From: Eledone cirrhosa
Lineage: Eukaryota
Length of the DNA stretch: 64,000 bases
Reading direction: 5' to 3'
Assembly: GCA_964016885.1 (NCBI GenBank)
Contig: OZ024745.1
Coordinates: forward strand, 34,410,001 to 34,474,000
A program made the position numbers and the translations under genes. Positions 56,087-64,000 of the stretch are shown here, piece after piece; positions within the stretch are counted from its first letter, which is position 1, and the number at the start of each line of letters is the position of its first letter. Below the pieces are notes generated by a model that ran no database searches, had not been told where the DNA came from, and saw nothing but the letters and a program-made list of their open reading frames with translations.

Positions 56087-58688
56087 TGTAATTAAGAATT
56101 ATATTAGTTTAACGCTTGATAAAGTATAAAAAGAGTATTTACTACTCAGACACTATTCCTTTAACAAAAGATACGATAAGAAATAAAAGATGAAATATAA
56201 AGACAGAAAGTGAGGAGAGGAAGAAACGGTAAAATAGATTTTGAGAAAAAGCACGTGTGTATATATGTTGGGCTTCAGTATTTTACAGTCGACGTTATTC
56301 CACACACAAAGATTTGTTCAATCAGTAGCTATAGTAGAAAACACTTGCCATGCCGCTAGGCTGACCTCAGAACCAAGTGACTGCAAATTGGACTTGATCA
56401 CACAGCCAACCAGATGACTGCATCTATAGTATAATTTCTTTTGACTTTATTTAGATAAATTGATAAAACTCGCTTGTTCCTGGTATTTAACAAATCTTCT
56501 AAGATTTATTCAGGAATAGATTTGATCGAATTTATTCTTTACAATGAATTCCTTACAGTGTGTTACCTAAACGTTTTTTTGTTAATATTAAGCATCGTTT
56601 AGTAGAATAAAAAAATATATTCAACATAATTCTAATGCAATTGTGATAATCCCTATCCGAAATATTTTTGACAGGTTAAAAAAATATCGTGTTATTTATT
56701 TTACGTCAATTTATCGAATTAAATACAAAGGTAAAAGTAAATTTGTACAAAAATATGTTTAAAATGATACATGTTTCCGCTGATGAAATTTTGAGTATTT
56801 GGATTTACGTCATACTCGCAAATCGCTTGTTACATCATTTTATCATCCGGCTGATTGACATATAAGGATTATTCAACTACGTCTTCATATATACATTCCA
56901 TATTTAGGTACTACTTTCAATGTAAATGTTCTTCGTAGTGAAGTCAGCCTTTAAAATCTGCAATTGCTAGAGATAAATTCAAACAAGAATTAGATAAATA
57001 CTAACATATACATATTTTGCTAAATTCCAAATATATAGAAAGTCTTTGTTATTGTAAAGAACATGTGATTGGTTGTTTGTTCTGTGTTGAGATTATCCCA
57101 CATATAACGAAGAATCGATGTGTGTCCTTGCAAATGTGAAGGCATAAGATGGCGATTGATCCTCCGTCGTTTGTAACGATGAGCAATCAGTCAACTTACC
57201 AATCAATTTAACGTCTGATACAGTAATTAACGTTTCAATTATTAAATATTCATCAGACGCAGGCGCTCTTAACAGTATTTGACTGACACAATATGTAAGA
57301 ACCTGGACTATAGAATTATATGTGGAATCCAGCTGACTAGATTCCATGCAGTTTCTGACTAACCAATTTCACTGACAAGACTTCGATGGATCGGATTCGA
57401 TGAAAAACATTTGTTCAAGATACTACTCGATGGAAACGAACACGGGACCTCATGATTGCAAACCAAAATTCTTGATGGGGAATATTTTATTGGTAGCTTG
57501 CCAAATATTGGGATTTAGAGCTAGGAATGAAGATTCATACATCGTTAATACAAATTCCCCTTGATGTATTTTCATTGCTATCCTGGGGACACACAGGGAA
57601 TATATATAGTATAATATGTGACATAAATAAAATGATTGCTGTCGTACGTGTATATAATAAAAACTCCATAGGACATAACGTCTATTATTTTCTCAAATTT
57701 ATATTCCGATGAAAACCAAAAGAATTAAAAGATTTTGTGTGGTGTAACGTCAGGCGATATATGTTAATAAATTTCATGACATAAGATACGTTCGTGTTAA
57801 GTTAGGATATGTTAATTCTGACATTTTGAGTAATGTTAATTCAATGCGGTGTTTACGTGATTATACAAGGTTTGGGATTCTGAGGCTCTGAAGAGATTTT
57901 ATCTGTAGTGGAATGGACTTCCGTCAGTTTCGAGAATTAGTGTTCCAGTCGTTCAATTAACGAAACAACCTTTAAGTAAGTGATAGAGCATTCCACAGAT
58001 AGATTTAACTGCAACGTATTTCTCAGGTAAATCCAATGACACAGATTTCAATTACAGGTAAATTTATCCGACGTGCCTCCATATAATTTCAGCCTACTGA
58101 ATTTTTCTCATAAGGATTGAGTTACCCATACCTATGGTGAAAGACACTTACCTAAGATGGTATGCACAGGGTTTGAACGCGGGACCTAATAATTATTAAA
58201 CGGGCTTCCAAACCTTCGGCCATGCTGAGTAGAGTTTATGTAGTATAATCATTATTGAAGTATTATAGAATGTATTATTTTATATTAATGTAGTTGTTTG
58301 GGTTTTTTTTTTCTTATTACAGGTAGCAATGAAGGAAACTTCGTATCCATTCAAAATGTGTAGACAATAAATGACATTTCATATAGCAGAAGGTTTTGAC
58401 AGGAGAAAAATTATATATATATATCCTAACACGATGTTAATAAAATGGGTTCTAGCTTAGACACAAAGTGAGTAATTTTGAAGGTAGGGAAATGTTGATA
58501 ATATTTACCCAAGCATTTAACCAGTCACGAATCTCGAAGCGTACTCTCCCCTTAATTAAGATGCGAAATTTGATGTCGTCCCAGTCAACTTAGAAGCTGA
58601 AAAAATGGGTTACAACTGTAACTCAAAGCACCAGCCGCGTCCCACAGCGTATCCGGTTCAATATTTCTAAGTATTATATTAAAGAGAC

Positions 58689-58878
58689 ACAAAGGGCGGT
58701 GGATTGGCAGTTTCAGTAGAGGGTCGGACGCCATGCTTTCCAGCATAGTTATGTCCCTTTACGGTCTGAGTTCAAATCCCGTCGAGGTTACCTTTGCCTT
58801 TCATCCTTACGGGGTCGATAAAATAAAGTACCAGTAATGCACTGGGTAATTGCTGGCCTTGTGCCAAATGTAGAAGCA
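58689..58878 (+). mobile_element. Full-length tRNA-derived SINE with a 16-bp target-site duplication
   Basis: attatattaaagagac at 58673-58688 and 58879-58894; B-box gagttcaaatccc. Confidence 0.9.
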
Positions 58879-59208
58879 ATTATATTAAAGAGACTGTGGA
58901 CTGATCAAGCATTTGGAAGTTTTTCCATTGTTCGAACAGATGGAAGTGAAATAACAACAATCCACTGATGAGCGTCGAGGTTCCTATATCTAATGTCAAG
59001 GCATTTATAGCCTTTATCTAAGTTGAGAGACATAGAAATAATTAACAAAATATGTCATTGTTCAAATTTAAATTGCCGTCATCTTTTAGTCTATTTTATT
59101 TTTTCTTACTCTCACATTATACCCTGGTAACAACAAAGGTCACATCCATACTGGACTGAAAACATTCTCTCTCTCTCTCTCTTTCTCTCTCTCTCACACA
59201 CACGCACA

Positions 59209-59242
<34 letters not shown>

Positions 59243-59267
59243 CTCTCTAACTCCCTCTCTCACTCAT

Positions 59268-59341
<74 letters not shown>

Positions 59342-59385
59342 AATAACAGGAGGCTGGACTGGTGTAAATCCTTGAAAGGTTTATT

Positions 59386-59443
59386 ATACTATGATCATTT
59401 CAATGACCGGGTTCAGTATGAATCCGGTGACATCATCAGGTAT
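59386..59443 (-). ncRNA. Type I hammerhead ribozyme, intact core, inside a ~190-bp insert between (TA)n tracts (59337-59530)
   Basis: Minus strand reads atac-CTGATGA-tgtcaccgg...ccggtcatt-GAAA-tgatca-TA-gtat-AATAAA. Confidence 0.85.
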
Positions 59444-59539
59444 TCAAAAAATATAACAAAGGAATATAAGAGATAAAATCCATGGGGCTGAAAATCAAAG
59501 TCAAGAGGATGACCGACTATGTAGCAGCTAAATATATAT

Positions 59540-59640
<101 letters not shown>

Positions 59641-59665
59641 CTCGCTGGAATCTATGAGACGCTTT

Positions 59666-59696
<31 letters not shown>

Positions 59697-59790
59697 AAGA
59701 AACACAGTAAATCGTGTGTCTAATATTACTAGGGTTGAAAGACCACATTTGTTTACAGGGTTTCAGTAAGAGTTATTAACTCTAACTTTC

Positions 59791-59881
<91 letters not shown>

Positions 59882-60063
59882 ATTTAGTATATCTACTAAC
59901 ATATGCGTACAGATGTACGCTAATGCTAGCAAATACACAGGTTATGTCATAGTACCTAGGTGGTTCAATGCAGGAGGATGCAGAACAATAATATAAAAGA
60001 CGTAAAATAAGAAAATTTAAAAAAAAATTTTTTTTAAATTAACTTACTTACTAAAATTTTCAC

Positions 60064-60173
<110 letters not shown>

Positions 60174-60290
60174 ATAATATTAATAAATGGAAACTATCCT
60201 ACTGTAGAGTGTATCTAATCTGTTATAAATAAATAAATTTGTTGAATAACCAACAAATTAAATAACTCTTTTCTTATATATATATATATA

Positions 60291-60502
60291 GTGGTAGAAG
60301 ACTGGAAGGTAATATCCATAGTGGTGGAGCACTCAGTCCATGGGACGAGTTAGGTAGAAATGGTTACACAACAGTTAGTTCACCATACCGAGAACAATTG
60401 TTCCACCTTAGCGGATCCTCAGCATGTCCATTACGAGCTGAGGATCCGCTAAGGTGAAACAATTGTTCTCCGTATGGTGAGCTAACTGTTGTGTGACCAC
60501 TT

Positions 60503-60504
<2 letters not shown>
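60291..60504 (-). mobile_element. Family A fold-back mini-element
   Basis: Arms ~60356-60423 / 60436-60504; (TA)n on both sides. Confidence 0.88.
60428..60477 (+). ncRNA. Type I hammerhead ribozyme (family A)
   Basis: ccattacgag-CTGAGGA-tccgctaaggt-GAAAC-aatt-GTT-ctccgtatgg, with a bulged extended stem I. Confidence 0.8.
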
Positions 60505-60588
<84 letters not shown>

Positions 60589-60637
60589 TATATATATATG
60601 TTTATATATATATATATATTGATATATATATATATAT

Positions 60638-60668
<31 letters not shown>

Positions 60669-60689
60669 CGATATATATATATATATAGT

Positions 60690-60840
60690 TTACTATTTTG
60701 AAAATTTGGACTGTGAACAACAATTATAATTGAGTAGCTGCTATTTGCAGTATAGCAATATAAGGTTGCACTTACCAATGAAACGGTCATAAATACCTGG
60801 ATAAAATCCTTCTCTTAATGCTTACCTGTGTTTTCTCTTT

Positions 60841-60843
<3 letters not shown>
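60690..60843 (+). mobile_element. Family E single-arm copy with degenerate long-stem-II HHR
   Basis: tattt-tgaaaa-tttgg...ccaat-GAAAC-ggtc-ata-aata; homologous to 63829-63982. Confidence 0.7.
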
Positions 60844-60918
<75 letters not shown>

Positions 60919-60960
60919 TGCACGAAGTCGAATTTTCGTCTTTTGCTGAGAATATCTATA

Positions 60961-61018
<58 letters not shown>

Positions 61019-61231
61019 AGTATGTATGTATGTATACGTACATACATATATGTATACAGACGTATATTAGTATATATATATACATACATGCACACATATA
61101 TATATATGCACGTATCGAACATTTATTATAATGCTCGGTTTGTTTGTAAACAAACAAACAAACAAACAGCCCGAATTACGCCGTACAGTTTAGGCAACCA
61201 CGTCACCTTTTTGTTCAACACTGACACAGGG

Positions 61232-61274
61232 ACGATGTACTAGTTTCAAGCTTATTAGCTATCGTCAGCATCGT
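61232..61274 (-). ncRNA. Minimal type I hammerhead ribozyme (family D, mirror copy)
   Basis: Reverse complement of 61832-61874. Confidence 0.9.
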
Positions 61275-61831
61275 ATACCTTCCTGCCAGATGGTTGAACG
61301 TCTGAAAGTATATACTTTCCTTCTGCATATTAACGTCTGAGCAGCCTAATTTGTATATCGAGTGAGTTTAGTCGACGGGCGCACCGAAAACGATAAATGG
61401 AATAGAATGAAACGAAATTTCATTTCTCACTCTTAGTACGGCACTTACTTAAATGTAAGTATGTATGTATGTATACGTACATACATATATGTATACAGAC
61501 GTACAGTAGTATGTATATACATACATGCACATATATATATATATGCACGTATCGAACATTTATTATAATGCTCGGTTTGTTTGTAAACAAACGTACTACT
61601 GTACGTCTCTATACATATATGTATGTACGTATACATACATACTTACTTACATTTAAGTAAGTGCCGTACTAAGAGTGAGAAATGAAATTTCGTTTCATTC
61701 TATTCCATTTATCGTCTTCGGTGCGCCCGGTCGACTAAACTCACTCGATATGCAAATTAGGCTGCTCAGCCGTTAATATGCATAAGGAAAGTATATACTT
61801 TCAGACGTTCAACCATCTGGCAGGAAGGTAT

Positions 61832-61874
61832 ACGATGCTGACGATAGCTAATAAGCTTGAAACTAGTACATCGT
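61832..61874 (+). ncRNA. Minimal type I hammerhead ribozyme (family D), intact
   Basis: acgatg-CTGACGA-t-agct-aata-agct-t-GAAAC-ta-GTA^catcgt; predicted cleavage after 61868. Confidence 0.92.
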
Positions 61875-62321
61875 TCCTGTGTCAGTGTTGAACAAAAAGG
61901 TGACGTGGTTGCCTAAACACTGTACGGCGTAACTCGGGCTGTTTGTTTGTTTGTTTGTTTACAAACAAACCGAGCATTATAATAAATGTTTGATACGTGC
62001 ATATATATATATGTGTGCATGTATGTATATATATATATATACATACTAATGTACGTCTGTATACATATATGTATGTACGTATACTTACATACATACTTAC
62101 ATTTAAGTAACTGCCGTACTAAAATTGAGAAATGAAATTTCGTTTCATTCTATTCCATTTATATATATATAAGTATAAAGAAGGTGCTCAAGCATAGAAA
62201 TGATGTAAACATAACTTATAAAACAGTGACGAAAAAAGAATTTGCCATAGACCGTTATAGCGTATTAAACTCCATAACTTCCAGATAGTTAATTTGTTGT
62301 GGAACTAACTATCTCTCTCTC

Positions 62322-62428
<107 letters not shown>

Positions 62429-63640
62429 GGAAATATAGATAGATAGATATGTTTCTTTATTAGCCACAGGGGCACAAAAGAAGGGGACAAATACAAAGGG
62501 GGAAGTTTACATACAATAAAAACGTGTAAAATATTATCACAAATGCAATTTAAAAATTAATCGATTTTTCCCCAATAGGGGGAGACATTACATATGGGTA
62601 ACACATACCCCCCGAAAAAAAAATGTGCAACCCTCATCTCCATGAGTACGACGAGTTTGTACTCCTTTCCTCCCCTCCTCTTTTTCCTCAACCTACAGGC
62701 TGATATAGAGAGAAGGCCCATTCACTCGGGCCATTCTCGCCACTTTCACCCACCTTTCATAAAATTTTCTGGGGTACAGCACATAGATAGATAGAGAGAG
62801 AGAGAGGGGGAGAGGGAGAGAAAGAAAGAGAAAGAGAGAGAAGGGGAGAGAGAGATAGAGAGAGTAATATATATGAGAGAGAGAAAGAGGGCAGTCGTGA
62901 ACGATAAGAAAGCAGTTCCGACCCCTGTATTTCATCTATCTACCTCTCACGGATGAACTAAGGTGATTTTAACTCAGAGCATATTCAGCAAGTATAACTA
63001 CCGAGGCATATTTATAACTCTGCAAATTATACGCCTTGTAATGTAGTAGACTGAATAATATTCCCAGACTGAAGTTTTAATGATCCAAAACCAGCGATGG
63101 ATTAGTAACATTTCATTTGTCTCAACTTTATCATTTATAAAAAAATACATTGTATGTATGTATGTATGTATGTATGTATGTATGTATGTATGTATGTATG
63201 TATGTATTAGGTGTGTATGTATAAGGTATGTATATATGTATGGACGTATGGCTGTATGCATGTATATACGTATTTATGTATGTATTTATGTTTGTATGTG
63301 TGTGAGTGTTTATTTATGTATGTATGTATGTATGTATGTGTATACGCATGGATCTAACTGTTTTTTATCTATGTATTAGTGTCTATATATGATTGTGTGC
63401 AGGTACATATATATATTTGGATGCATGCAAGTATGAATAAATGGTTCTATGTCATTCGAAACTAGATAGTTTATTGGTACTAATGAGTATGCATATATAG
63501 TCACTTGCGCTCTGATTTTATCGTATAGAAAGCCACATACAAGCACTAACAAAAACACATACACACGCGCGCATACTACAATAATTGACTGGCATTAACT
63601 ATGAATCATGATTCTATACAGCGGAAATTATACATATATG

Positions 63641-63674
<34 letters not shown>

Positions 63675-63680
<6 letters not shown>

Positions 63681-63982
63681 ATAAAAGAGAAAACACAGGT
63701 AAGCATTAAGAGAAGGATTTTATCCAGGTATTTACGACCGTTTCATTGGTAAGTGCAACCTTATATTGTTATACTGCAAATAGCAGCCACTTAATTATAA
63801 TTGTTGTTCACAGTCCAAATTATCAAAATTTTGAAAATGTGGACTGTGAACAACAACTATAATTAAGTGGCTGCTATTTGTAGTATAGCAATATAAGGTT
63901 GCACTTACCAATGAAACGGTCGTAAATACCTGGATAAAATCCTTCTCTTAATGCTTACCTGTGTTTTCTCTTTTATACTTTA
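63675..63982. mobile_element. Family E palindrome (154-bp arms, centre 63828/63829)
   Basis: Arms are reverse-complementary with several substitutions. Each contains GAAAC-ggtc-GTA-aatac, and the centre lies at the degenerate CTGANGA position. Confidence 0.88.
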
Positions 63983-64000
63983 TACTCCAAGATTGAACGG

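Larger units (their letters stand above)
61015..62161. mobile_element. Family D retrozyme-like insertion: two inverted arms, each >1 tandem monomer (~440-450 nt) with one HHR
   Basis: The left arm restarts with period 439 (61015 / 61454) and the right arm with period 450 (61649 / 62099). The arms are reverse complements. (TA)n flanks. Confidence 0.88.

Overview
AT-rich, microsatellite-dense eukaryotic intergenic or intronic DNA. Repeat content suggests a cephalopod such as Octopus (inference). No host protein-coding exon is recognisable, and most listed ORFs are microsatellite artefacts. The window is a transposon landscape with six components. (1) A Penelope-like element (PLE) at ~32.8-37.9 kb with a C-terminal GIY-YIG endonuclease ORF, an inverted 5' pLTR copy and a 3' hammerhead ribozyme (HHR), plus further PLE endonuclease and RT fragments. 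(2) Many short non-coding fold-back insertions in (TA)n tracts, from at least five families; several carry recognisable type I HHR motifs. One family is a ~440-450 nt tandem monomer with one HHR per unit (retrozyme-like), and a second copy of it starts at the predicted self-cleavage site. (3) Four R4/Dong-like RLE non-LTR retrotransposon fragments, each flanked by (TATG)n. (4) Remnants of a hAT transposase and of Tx1/L1-like and RTE LINEs. (5) A mariner-type MITE. (6) tRNA-derived SINEs. All assignments come from reading and hand-translating the sequence; no searches were run.
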